A program made the translations under genes and the position numbers. A stretch of DNA of 64,000 bases from Nemertoderma westbladi (taxonomy: Eukaryota; Animalia; Xenacoelomorpha): positions 1 through 64,000 of the forward strand of contig JAUCBJ010007955.1 of NCBI GenBank assembly GCA_032718475.1. Reading direction: 5' to 3'. Shown in pieces: positions 34,020 through 46,490 of the stretch (its first letter is position 1; each line of letters starts with the position of its first letter). Below the pieces are notes generated by a model. That model searched no databases. It saw only the letters and a list, made by a program, of their open reading frames with translations, and was not told the DNA's origin.

Positions 34020-34600
34020 TTGAATTTATATTTATATTTGTGTTTATTCCGAACTTAAGCAATTTGTATTGTTCCGAATTTATGAAATTTAGAAATAAGA
34101 ACTCATATTTAGTAAGATTTATAGTTAGTAAGAATTTATATTTGCAAGATTTATATTTTGTAAGAATTTATATTTTATATTTGTGATTATTCCGAACTTA
34201 TGCAATTTATATTATTCCGAACTTATGTAATTTATATTGTTCCGAATATTATGCAATTTACATTTTATAGGCAGTATTACAGTGAAACAGAAAGTAAGAG
34301 TAGATGGAAGACTCGTGGGCCTTTCTTATAGTTTTATTTGTAAAATGTTATATTTTGTATTTAGAAAGTTTTATAGTCAGAAAGTTTGTGCTTAGAAAGA
34401 CTCATTTTTGTAATTATTCCAAACTTATGCAATCTACATTTAGGTACGAAAGTATTTGTAATTACTTGAATTTATGCAATATTTGAGATGCAATAGTAGA
34501 TGGAAGACTCGTGAGCCTTTCTTATTGTTTTCATTTATTTGTATTTGTAATTGTTTGAATTTATGCAATATTGAGATGCAATAGATTTATATTGGTGAAT
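34020..34600 (+). repeat. AT-rich 3' UTR repeats (TTATTCCGAACTTATGCAATTTATATT-like)
   Basis: Six or more degenerate copies between the ORF2 stop and the 3' LTR. Confidence 0.7.
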
Positions 34601-34816
34601 TTAATTTAGATTTATATTGTACTTACTTAGTAAAGCCTTAAATACGTAAAGTTTGAATTTGTAATTATTTTGTATCGAATCATTACGTAGAAAGGAAGTA
34701 TTATTTGAAATTTAATTGTAAATATGTAAGTACGCCCTAAGTATCCTATAGTTTGATTGATTATTGGTGAAAACCGTATATTTTATGCACGATAATATCC
34801 TGTTTTCATGGAGCGG

Positions 34817-36717
34817 TATAGAATTATATTCTCTAAATGCCGTGGATTTTCAAAATTTTATTTTATTCGAATTAACTTTGTAAAAGATTGCTTTGAATCC
34901 TCATTTGTATTTGTTATATCTATTGTACGCCTATCGGTCAAGTGGTTCAGTAGCTCAGTCGGTAGAGCGTTGGAAATTATATGTGTAGTAGGTATTGAGT
35001 TCGAATCCTAGTAAGTGCGAATTATTTTTTGTACAGAATTTCAACTCATTTAAATTAACCGCTACAAATTAATTGCATTTGTCTGTACCAATGAGACTGT
35101 AGTTATTTGATTGTAACCAATGTCGTGCAAGTTATATATTAGCTGGACCAATAGCTATCTTTAAAACCCTGTTAGAACCTATAGAACAATCGAGAATTTT
35201 CTCGATTGATTGCGGCACAAATTTAGTATATAAAGGTGCGATTTGTTCATTAGTTATTCACAATCTTATACTTCTCAGATTATCTTATCTTAGCAATATT
35301 CTGTCGTGCTTAGTTTATTTCAGATTACATTGTATTATAATTATATCTTCTGTAATAAAGTCAGAATTATCGCTAATCTGCTTTTTTCTATCTGTTTTAC
35401 CATGATTCACTACGGTGAACAAAGTTAAGGACAGGATGGCCGGCTAGAAGATCGGGCCGCAGCAATGAACGGGAACATCACAGGAATGTAGACGAGAGAC
35501 AACCCGCAATACCATCTTGAGTTGTTCGCCCATCGCCTGAAAGGTTAGACAGCGTTCGACATCTCGCTACCTAAGCGTAAGACCAAAAGATCAAAGGTAG
35601 AAGTAGTGGCACGCTGTGAGCCTAAAATTACATCTTAGGGACTGTACTGTCTTGATTCAGGAAAACCCACAGTAGACCTTCATATTCCTACGGGTAGAGG
35701 GAAAGAGCAGGCAGATACTAGTACGCAGATAGGACGTAGGCACACCGGTACGAAGCATACAAATTGGTAGGGTGCAGCAAACTGTACGCCTAACTCTTGC
35801 TAAGTGCAGGTGTGTGTGCGACTATTTGTAGTACGACAGTGTCCATTGCATTAGGACTTGTAGGCTAGGGGGGTTGCTGTGTTTTCACCTGAATTGGGAT
35901 TGTACCGTTCAGGCGGTAGGGCAGTTTACAGCTAGGCGCAAATAAATTGAGGCTATTAGGGATACTAACATCTACCGTGTCCCCGCCAACGCCCTAATAG
36001 GAAGTTACCCGGACTACCTGGGTGACTAAAATTCTAGATAGGAGCCAAGATAGCTATTAGTAACTGTACGCCTACAGTAGTAAACTAACACATCTCTTCT
36101 CAGTATTAGGGACCTGGTACCTAAAAATTGCCGAATTCTGGGCGTAGCATTAACCTTATGCCTGAATTTGAGTCCTGGAAATACGCAAGAGGGGAAGGAA
36201 CCTTGCTATTCGTGAGTATTGGACCTACAAGTTACAAAATTATAATATTCGTAAAATGCACACCGTACCCAGTAATTATATATGTGAAGGAGCAAAACTG
36301 TTTTTGACCGTTCAGAATTAACACACGCGCGTTAGAAATTATTTACACCTCAAAATATATAAAATTAACTTTTGTCCGTACTGTGCTTTGCCCGCTAGTT
36401 AGACATCTCCAAATCTCTGCCTGTACCTAGCTAGCGTCTCTTCGCCCAAACCATATAAATCACACCGCGGCAAAGTGTACGAGCCCCTTAGTCCGTCAGT
36501 GAGTCAGCCTGATTTTAGGATTCGCTGCGCGGGATTTTGTTTTATCGAAGTTTGTCTGCTCGTAGACTGTTTTCTGCCTCACCGGTTATAAGAGATCAAT
36601 ACTGCAATATATTCGCTTACTTAAAGTTTACTGTTTTGGTGAGAAGGTCGGATTTATGATTTGATTCACAAACTTTACAGTAGGATATTGCAGGTATTGT
36701 TACCGTCTCTTCATATA
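34817..36717 (+). repeat. 3' LTR (1901 bp)
   Basis: Copy of 18101-20001, preceded by a short purine-rich GGAGCGG (possible PPT) and followed by TSD TTCAG. Includes a tRNA-like cassette at 34944-35030. Confidence 0.95.
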
Positions 36718-37230
36718 TTCAGATTAAGTTGATACATTTCAGATTAACTTGATACATTTCAGATTAACTTGATACATTTCAGATTAACTTGATAAATTTC
36801 AGATTAACTTGATACAATTCAGATTAACTTGATACTTGGCAGATTAACTTGATACTTGACAGATTAACTTGATACATTTCAGATTAACTTGATACATTTC
36901 AGATTAAGTTGATACATTTATGATTAACTTGATACATTTCAGATTAACTTGATACATTTATGATTAACTTGATACATTTCAGATTAACTTGATACATTTC
37001 AGATTAACTTGATACATTTCAGATTAACTTGATACATTTCAGATTAAGTTGATACATTTATGATTAACTTGATACATTTCAGATTAACTTGATACATTTC
37101 TGATTAACTTGATACATTTCAGATTAACTTGATACATTTCAGATTAACTTGATACATTTCAGATTAACTTGATACACTTCAGATTAACGTGATACATTTC
37201 AGATTAACTTGATATTTTTCAGATTAACTT
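36718..37230. repeat. 20-bp minisatellite, right part (~25 units), running into the exon's splice acceptor
   Basis: Same unit as 17491-18100. Confidence 0.97.
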
Positions 37231-37244
37231 CATTTTTCTTGCAG

Positions 37245-37756
37245 TGTGGGAACATATTCGTGGAGAAAGCATTGTACCAGTAGACCAATGTTGGGTTGAG
37301 TTCTATAAAACCTTCTGGTTTACGTTTACTGCAGCGTGCATCGAGTTCCTTACGCCTCTCGTAACTGTCAGCTACTTCAACCTGCAGATCGCGCTCAACA
37401 TACGCCGTCGCACAACGAAAGCACTAAGAAGGAAAGCTGGAAGTACCAAGGCGAAACAAGATTGCAAGAATGCAGGAACTTCTCGTTCTACCCTAGAAAT
37501 GATATCACAGAATACCTCTCTGCCGTCTGAAGAAGCTAATATAGACAGTAAGGAGTCCATAGATGAACCCGGTCCCGTTATACGTCTGGATCCTGTACCG
37601 GAACGTTTAATAGATGCAAGAAGGAGCACCACCAACGATCTCGAGAACGTCCGTCACCTTAGCAACCTGAAGCGCGACCAGCGTGCTGCACGCTCATTGG
37701 CTATCATTGTGGGTGTGTTTGCCATATGCTGGGCGCCATACACAACACTGACTTTA
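37245..37756 (+). CDS. Internal exon (ECL2-TM5-ICL3-TM6) of the same aminergic GPCR
   Basis: WEH...QCWVEF..FWFTFTAACIEFLTPLVTVSYFNLQI..NIRRR...RDQRAARSLAIIVGVFAICWAPYT (CWxP). Acceptor tttttcttgcag|, donor |gtaagt. TM1-2 and TM7 exons were not found in the window. Confidence 0.92.
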
Positions 37757-39274
37757 GTAAGTTTGGCACTAATTTTTATTTTAGTCTACAATAATTATTG
37801 TAAAAAGTTGTAAATATATATAGGTAAATATATATAGGGTTCTATTTAATTGACGATAATTTCATAGCAGTTTTAGGATAATTTGTTTTAAGGGTCTGTC
37901 ATTCTGGCAGGGGGTAAATCAGATTAGTAAACGTTTTAGTCTTACTTACCACACTACGTTATAGACTATAATATGAGAAATAAGACAATTTACAAACCAA
38001 AGACTGCACTCAGCATCATTTCCAATTTAGCTCCCACATTTAGTAGTGTTATAATGAGTGGAACCAGGCCCAAAAGTTCAGTAAATTACAGATCGGAAAA
38101 TATAGTGGATAGTTAGTTACGGATTAGAGGACACCAAATTCAATTATTATTATTATCATACATTATCAGAAGATAAGTACAGTCAAGGACAAATTATAGT
38201 ATAGAATAAGCACAAGTAATAAAGGTAAGGTAAAGTAATTAGCTGCAAACATTGCGAAAGTTTGACATACTTAACGTTCGTTCAGATACCAAAACGTTGC
38301 CAAAACCAAAACCAAAACCAAAACGCATTGCCGTGCTAATATCGAGAAATTGGGATATTGTCGAAGGTCTGGCCGTCCTTCGCATTTTTGGGGTAATATT
38401 TGTAGCATTTGGCACGTTCAAACAGCCATTGTATGGATTTACCTTTGTAGAAAATGTCGTTAATGATATTGTCACATCAGACACTATAAAGGATCCGGTG
38501 CGACTTACAACAATATGTAAAGGCAACTTCTTTGTTATGAGTAAAATTGAGGGCGAATACCAAATGTTTGCTCCTGTATATTATATATAATATTAAAATC
38601 AATAATATAATATTTATATTAAAATTAATAAGGGAGTTGTGGCGGCTGGCGGCACAATTTTGTCGGCACAGTATTCTTAATTTATATGTAATCTTATTTA
38701 TGATATCATAATATAATACAGCTGCAATGCAGCGCAATGCAGCGCAATGCAGCATCCCTAATGTAGTATTAGTTATACTGAACGAAGATAAAACATTCCA
38801 TTCGCTTGGCTCGCGTTTGCTTTGCTTTCATTTTGGAGAATAATAATGAATTTGACTGGAATTTGATTTGAATTCTGAAATTTGACTGGCTTTTGGACAG
38901 ATAATTCAAATTTCTTTCTTATATTTGCTAGAATCATTAGTAACTAATAGTCAAATTGAACGGGTTAGCAAAATTAATTTTGTATTTTGTTTTTAGAATT
39001 GCAATTTGATTATTCGTAGATGTACCATATTCGTATGGTAGGAAATTGGAATCTATTATGTCAGTTAGTTTTATATCTTGGCTTTTACTAACAAAGAAAC
39101 TAGTGGACCTATAGAACTAAAAACATCAAAAAATTGAAATCCGTACAAAATTTTCGGTATACCTTCGTGACTGCCCATCTTGGCCAACTATATTTTGCAT
39201 TATGGTATTATTGGAATTACCCAATTTTCTTTACAAATTTTTTTTAATTTATACATAAATACGTATGAATTTAA

Positions 39275-40807
39275 ATTACAGTAACTCTATACTTCAGTAG
39301 GTAGTATGTCGTTGGGTTTGTGTACTTATTAAATTAACACTATACTTACACCGTAGTATATCGTTGTATTTGGGTACTTATTAAATAAACACTATGCTTA
39401 CACAGTATATCGTTGTGTTTGGGTACTTATTAAATTAACACTATACTACTGTACAGTAAGTATATCGTTGGGTTTGTGTACTTATTAAATTAACACTATA
39501 CTTACACCGTAGTATATCGTTGTATTTGGGTACTTATTAAATAAACACTATGCTTACACAGTATATCGTTGTGTTTGGGTACTTATTAAATGAACTCTAT
39601 ACTTCAGTAGTAGTATATCGTTGTGTTAGGGTACTTATTAAATGAAAACTATATTACTGTACAGTAAGTATATCGTTGGATTTGGGTACTTATTAAATTA
39701 ACACTATACTTACACCGTAGTATATCGTTGTATTTGGGTACTTATTAAATAAACACTATGCTTACACAGTATATCGTTGTGTTAGGGTACTTATTAAATG
39801 AACTCTATACTTCAGTAGTAGTATATCGTTGTGTTAGGGTACTTATTAAATGAAAACTATATTACTGTACAGTAAGTATATCGTTGGATTTGGGTACTTA
39901 TTAAATAAACACTATGCTTACACCGTAGTATATCGTTGTATTTGGGTACTTATTAAATAAACACTATGCTTACACAGTATATCGTTGTGTTAGGGTACTT
40001 ATTAAATGAACTCTATACTTCAGTAGTAGTATATCGTTGTGTTAGGGTACTTATTAAATGAAAACTATATTACTGTACAGTAAGTATATCGTTGGATTTG
40101 GGTACTTATTAAATAAACACTATGCTTACACAGTATATCGTTGGGTTTGCGTACTTATTAAATTAACACTATACTTACACCGTAGTATATCGTTGTATTT
40201 GGGTACTTATTAAATTACTGTAACACTATACTACTGTACAGTAAGTATATCGTTGGGTTTGGGTACTTATTAAATTAACACTATACTACTGTACAGTAAG
40301 TATATCGTTGTATTTGGGTACTTATTAAATTAACACTATGCTTACACAGTATATCGTTGTATATTTGGGTACTTATTAAATTAACACTATACTTACACCG
40401 TAGTATATCGTTGTATTTGGGTACTTATTAAATTAACACTATACTACTGTACAGTAAGTATATCGTTGGGTTTGGGTACTTATTAAATGAACTCTATACT
40501 TCAGTAGTAGTATATCGTTGTGTTAGGGTACTTATTAAATGAACTCTATATTACTGTACAGTAAGTATATCGTTGTGTTAGGGTACTTATTAAATTAACA
40601 CTATATTACTGTACAGTAAGTATATCGTTGGGTTTGGGTACTTATTAAATTAACACTATACTTACACCGTAGTACTGTATATCGTTGTATTTGGGTACTT
40701 ATTAAATTAACACTATACTTACACAGTATATCGTTGTGTTAGGGTACTTATTAAATGAACTCTATACTTCAGTAGTAGTATATCGTTGTGTTAGGGTACT
40801 TATTAAA
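39275..40807. repeat. ~50-bp minisatellite (TATATCGTTG..T.GGGTACTTATTAAAT.AACACTAT...), left part
   Basis: Tandem array with variable unit length. Confidence 0.95.
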
Positions 40808-42427
40808 CGCAATAATTTTTATTGTCCGTTTAAATCCTTTTTTTGTCCTTTTTTTTTATTTTTTATGTCCTCCAAAAGTCTAACGTTAGGTTCCATGCTA
40901 CCGGTTTCTCTACTGCTGTTCTCTCAGGCTATCAGTACCGGTATTAGTATATATAGCACTATTTTGCTGTATTGTATGTACAGATGTAGGTATAAAGCAG
41001 GTATTTCTGTATTTTAGTACCGGTACCGGCACCGGTACTGCTATAGGCCTACTGTGTAGCCTACCATTTAAATACGGTAATGGTAGGCCTACCGGTTGTG
41101 CTAATAAATTTTAAATAATTGATAGGCCAAACTGGATTGCAGGATTGTGGAAAATGTGGATATACCTTTCACATAATTTAGGCCTATTACTGTATTAGTT
41201 TTATAATCAATAATGGATCATGACTACTGTCTGAGTAGTGTTACGGATAACCTGCTCCTTTCCCTGATTTGGTAAAGTGACTGTTTATTGTTTTGGTTAG
41301 AAAATCCGGCCTTAACCTGCTCCTTTCCCTCAATTAGTTAAGTGATCGTTTATTGTTTTGGTTATAAAATCCCGCCTCTGTAACCTGCTCCTTTCCCTAA
41401 ATTGGTAATGTTATCGTTTATTGTTTTGGTTAGAAAATCCTGCCTCTGTAACCTGCTCCTTTCTCTCAATTGGTAATGTTATCGTTTATTGTTTTGGTTA
41501 GAAAATCCCGCCTCTGTAACCTGCCCCTTTCCCTCAATTAGTTAAATGATCGTTTACTGTTTTGGTTAGAAAATCCCGCCTCTGTAACCTGCTCCTTTCC
41601 CTGAATTGGTAAAGTGACCGTTTATTGTTTTGGTTAGAAAGGCCCGCCTCTGTAACCTGCCCCTTTCCCTCAATTAGTTAAATGATCGTTTATTGTTTTG
41701 GTTAGAAAATCCCGCCTCTGTAACCTGCTCCTTTCCCTCAATTAGTTAAGTGATCGTTTATTGTTTTGGTTAGAAAATTCCGCCTCTGTAACCTGTCCCT
41801 TTCCCTCAATTAGTTAAATGATCGTTTATTGTTTTGGTTAGAAAATCCCGCCTCTGTAACCTGCTCCTTTCCCTCAATAAGTTAAGTGATCGTTTGTTGT
41901 TTTGGTTAGAAAATCCCGCCTCTGTAACCTGCTCCTTTCCCTCAATTAGTTAAGTGATCGTTTATTGTTTTGGTTAGAAAATCCCGTCTCTGTAACCTGC
42001 TCCTTTCCCTGATTTGGTAAAGTGACTGTTTATTGTTTTGGTTAGAAAACTCGGCCTTAACCTGCTCCTTTCCATCAATTGGTAATTGTTTTTGGCTATA
42101 AAATGAGTGTTTTGCTACGTCATGTGGTAATCGATTATCGACAACAACCACAAACTATTAAATATAGAGTCTTTTTACCACAGGCGCATATGGAAATCTA
42201 TCTCATAGTCTATAAATCATGGAATCATGGAATGTTTTGGCACAGGCATAGTGAAATCAACTGTCTGACAGTCCAGAAATCAGCAGTCTGACAGTTTGAA
42301 GAAATACACATAAAAAGTCATTAAAAGGACAATAAAAGTCATTAAAAGGACAACAAAAGTCATTATGCATAATTCGTAAAAAAAAAGGACAAAAAAGTCA
42401 AATAAAAGGACATAAAAAATCACTGCC
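40808..42427. mobile_element. Non-autonomous TIR DNA transposon (MULE-like), inserted in the satellite
   Basis: 9-bp TSD CTTATTAAA (40799-40807, 42428-42436); imperfect TIRs CGCAATAATTTTTATTGTCC / GGCAGTGATTTTTTATGTCC (rc); no ORF. Confidence 0.75.
41248..42095. repeat. 68-bp tandem repeat inside the TIR element (~12 units)
   Basis: TAACCTGCTCCTTTCCCTCAATTAGTTAAGTGATCGTTTATTGTTTTGGTTAGAAAATCCCGCCTCTG. Confidence 0.92.
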
Positions 42428-42830
42428 CTTATTAAATGAAAACTATATTACTGTACAGTAAGTATATCGTTGGATTTGGGTACTTATTAAATTAACACTA
42501 TACATACTTACACCGTAGTACAGTATATCGTTGTATTTGGGTACTTATTAAATTAACACTATGCTTTCACAGTATATCGTTGTGTTAGGGTACTTATTAA
42601 ATGAACTCTATACTTCAGTAGTAGTATATCGTTGTGTTAGGGTACTTATTAAATGAACTCTATACTTCAGTAGTAGTATATCGTTGTGTTAGGGTACTTA
42701 TTAAATGAACACTATATTACTGTACGTACAGTAAGTATATCGTTGGATTTGGGTACTTATTAAATTAACACTATACTTACACAGTATATCGTTGGGTTTG
42801 CGTACTTATTAAATGAACACTATGTTTATA
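42428..42830. repeat. ~50-bp minisatellite, right part
   Basis: Same unit as 39275-40807. Confidence 0.92.
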
Positions 42831-43449
42831 CCAGCAAAAAAGTATATTGTTGGGTTATATTGTAAGCCCAATAACAAATACACCAAACAATGTACCGGTA
42901 TAAAGGTATTGTCGAGCATAACATATAGGATTACCCCTAAAGCTTTGCAGCTTATTTCCAAGGGGGCCCTTTATGTTACTTGTTGACAAATACAATATTA
43001 CACAAAAATATATTATGCGAACCTGAAACAAATATAAAACTTAATTTTAATACTTAAAATACACTCTGTACAACTTTACAGAGAGAGTGACAATGCCCGA
43101 CTCAACGATAGATAAATCACAAAATTCATAAATCCGCATTATTACAACAAATTCGTCACGCATCTCCACTCTAGTCCCAGCAGCAGGAAACTTAATATAT
43201 ATTTATGGATTTTTCTGACCACCTGAAGCGAATTAATTACTTAGGTAACTGATTAGCATTTCGAAGGGACAAACTATTTGTGACTTTAGCGAAACTCTCC
43301 CGCTGCTAACTGCCCCACTTTTGGTTATTCGCTATGATTAGGTACCCATGTATCATATTCTGTCGTGGCATTATCAATCGATGGATTTTCCGCTTAGATT
43401 TGGTATTAATTTGAGAAATTCTGCAGTGGCAAATTATAGAACTACGCCA

Positions 43450-45679
43450 CGTACCGTATATACAGTACACGAAGGTCACTCTTCCACATGTACCGTATAT
43501 ACAGTACACGAATGTCACTCTTCCAGATGTACCGTATTACAGTACACGAATGTCGCTCTTCCAGATGTACCGTATACAGTACACGAAGGTCACTCATCCA
43601 GATGTACCGTATGTACAGTACACGAAGATCACTCTTCCAGATGTACCGTATATACAGTATACGAAGGTCACTCTTCCAGATGTACCGTATATACAGTGCA
43701 CAAAGGTCTCTCTTCCAGATGTACCGTATGTACAGTACACGAAGGTCACTCATCCAGATGTACCGTATGTACAGTACACGAAGATCACTCTTCCAGTATT
43801 GTACCGTATATACAGTACACGAAGATCACTCTTCCAGATGTACCGTATATACAGTATACGAAGGTCACTCTTCCAGATGTACCGTATATACAGTATACGA
43901 AGGTCACTCTTCCAGATGTACCATATATACAGTACACAAAGGTCACCGTATGTACAGTACACGAAGGTCACTCATCCAGATGTACCGTATGTACAGTACA
44001 CGAAGATCACTCTTCCAGTATTGTACCGTATATACAGTATACGAAGGTCACTCTTCCAGATGTACCGTATATACAGTACACGAAGATCACTCTTCCAGAT
44101 GTACCGTATATACAGTATACGAAGGTCACTCTTCCAGATGTACCATATATACAGTACACAAAGGTCACCGTATGTACAGTACACGAAGGTCACTCATCCA
44201 GATGTACCGTATGTACAGTACACGAAGATCACTCTTCCAGTATTGTACCGTATATACAGTATACGAAGGTCACTCTTCCAGATGTACCGTATATACAGTA
44301 CACGAAAGTCACTCTTCCAGATGTACCATATATACAGTACACAAAGGTCACTCTTCCAGATGTACCGTATATACAGTACACGAATGTCACTCTTCCAGAT
44401 GTACCGTATATACAGTACACAAATGTCACTCTTCCAGATGTACCGTATGTACAGTACACGAAGATCACTCTTCCAGATGTACCGTATACAGTACACGAAG
44501 GTCACTCTTCCAGTTGTAACGTATATACAGTACACGAAGGTCACTCTTCTAGTTGTAACGTATATATACAGTACACGAATGTCACTCTTCCAGATGTACC
44601 GTATATAAAGTATACGAAGGTCACTCTTCCAGATGTACCGTATATACGGTACACAAAGGTCACTCTTCCAGATGTACCGTATGTACAGTACACGAAGGTC
44701 ACTCTTCCACATGTACCGTATATACAGTACACGAAGATCACTCTTCCAGATGTACCGTATATACAGTATACGAAGGTCACTCTTCCAGATGTACCGTATA
44801 TACAGTACACAAAGGTCTCTCTTCCAGATGTACCGTATGTACAGTACACGAAGGTCACTCATCCAGATGTACCGTATGTACAGTACACGAAGATCACTCT
44901 TCCAGTATTGTACCGTATATACAGTACACGAAGATCACTCATCCAGATGTACCGTATGTACAGTACACGAAGATCACTCTTCCAGTATTGTACCGTATAT
45001 ACAGTACACAAAGATCACTCTTCCAGATGTACCGTATATACAGTATACGAAGGTCACTCTTCCAGGTGTACCATATATACAGTACACAAAGGTCACCGTA
45101 TGTACAGTACACGAAGGTCACTCATCCAGATGTACCGTATGTACAGTACACGAAGATCACTCTTCCAGTAAATACCGTATATACAGTACACGAAAGTCAC
45201 TCTTCCAGATGTACCGTATATACAGTACACAAAGGTCACTCTTCCAGATGTACCGTATATACAGTACACGAATGTCACTCTTCCAGATGTACCGTATATA
45301 CAGTACACAAAGGTCACTCTTCCAGATGTACCGTATATACAGTACACAAATGTCACTCTTCCAGATGTACCGTATACAGTACACGAAGGTCACTCTTCCA
45401 GTTGTAACGTATATACAGTACACGAAGGTCACTCTTCTAGTTGTAACGTATATATACAGTACACGAAGGTCACTCTTCCAGATGTACCATATGTACAGTA
45501 CACGAATGTCGCTCTTCCAGATGTACCGTATATACAGTACACAAATGTCACTCTTCCAGATGTACCGTATGTACAGTACATGAAGGTCACTCTTCCAGAT
45601 GTACCGTATATACAGTACACAAAGGTCACTCTTCCAGATGTACCGTATATACAGTACACGAAGGTCACTCTTCCAGATG
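43450..45679. repeat. 39-bp minisatellite TGTACCGTATATACAGTACACGAAGGTCACTCTTCCAGA
   Basis: Tandem array; it generates the spurious repetitive ORFs. Confidence 0.97.
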
Positions 45680-46290
45680 TGTGACGGGATCCTTGAGTTG
45701 GCAGTCTGGATCCCAACCGGTGTGTTGTTTGGATTATACACGTCGCCGCGCCCGTGGGCTGCTGAAAGGCTGGGAATATCTGGGTTCTAAGGCCGAAGGC
45801 CGTTTGAATAACTGAGTTTTAGTGGCAGTTGTTCGTAATGTCAGAATATAATAATAGCACAATCAGAACATAATAACACGGTAATGACGACGGTTAAAAA
45901 CCGTTCCGGTCCCACAACTCTACACATACCAACAGAATCACAAGCAATAAATACAACGGTTATATTACTAACACATATTGGTTATTCCTACTGCTTTACG
46001 TGGCCGGCCAATGGATGCGCTTTAATCACACGGTTTCCCGTCCCATCATTGGCTAACCTATTTATCTCTACTTCGTCACTCCCTGTTGCCACTATCCCTT
46101 GTCGCTAGCCCCTTTGTCCCCTTGAGATGGTTTATGACCTCTCAACTCTGCTTGTGGCTGGCAATGTGTATCGCCTAAGTTGGTTATTAGGTGACATTAT
46201 ATTAGTAATGTCACCTTCTCAACTATAATTGGTAAAAAGCCACTTTCCCCATTTTCCATTGGGTAGTGCAGGGAATTGAATCCGCTTACA
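45680..46290. mobile_element. Solo LTR (611 bp) inserted in the satellite
   Basis: TG...CA termini with inverted ends TGTGACGGGATCC / TGTAAGCGGATTC (rc); 5-bp TSD AGATG (45675-45679, 46291-46295). Confidence 0.85.
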
Positions 46291-46490
46291 AGATGTACCG
46301 TATAAACAGTACTCGAATGTCACTCTTCCAGATGTACCGTATATACAGTACACGAAGGTCACTCTTCCAGATGTACCGTATGTACAGTACACGAAGATCA
46401 CTCTTCCACATGTACCGTATATACAGTACACGAAGGTCACTCTTCCAGTTGTAACGTATATACAGTACACGAAGATGTACCGTATATATA
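46291..46490. repeat. 39-bp minisatellite, continuation
   Basis: Same unit as 43450-45679. Confidence 0.9.

Larger units (their letters stand above)
18101..36717 (+). mobile_element. Intact BEL/Pao LTR retrotransposon, 18.6 kb, with an extra ORF
   Basis: Two 1901-bp LTRs (about 6 differences by eye, all transitions); 5-bp TSD TTCAG (18096-18100, 36718-36722); gag-PR-RT-RH-IN order with BEL-type motifs. Confidence 0.95.

Noticed and set aside
38170-38600. Possible Tc1/mariner relic (TACAGT start, RRSGRP-like peptide)
   Set aside because: Too short and degenerate; no matching second TIR or DDE motif was seen.
43348-45790. Long ORFs of up to 607 aa on both strands
   Set aside because: Artefacts of a 39-bp (13-codon) stop-poor satellite; open in several frames at once.
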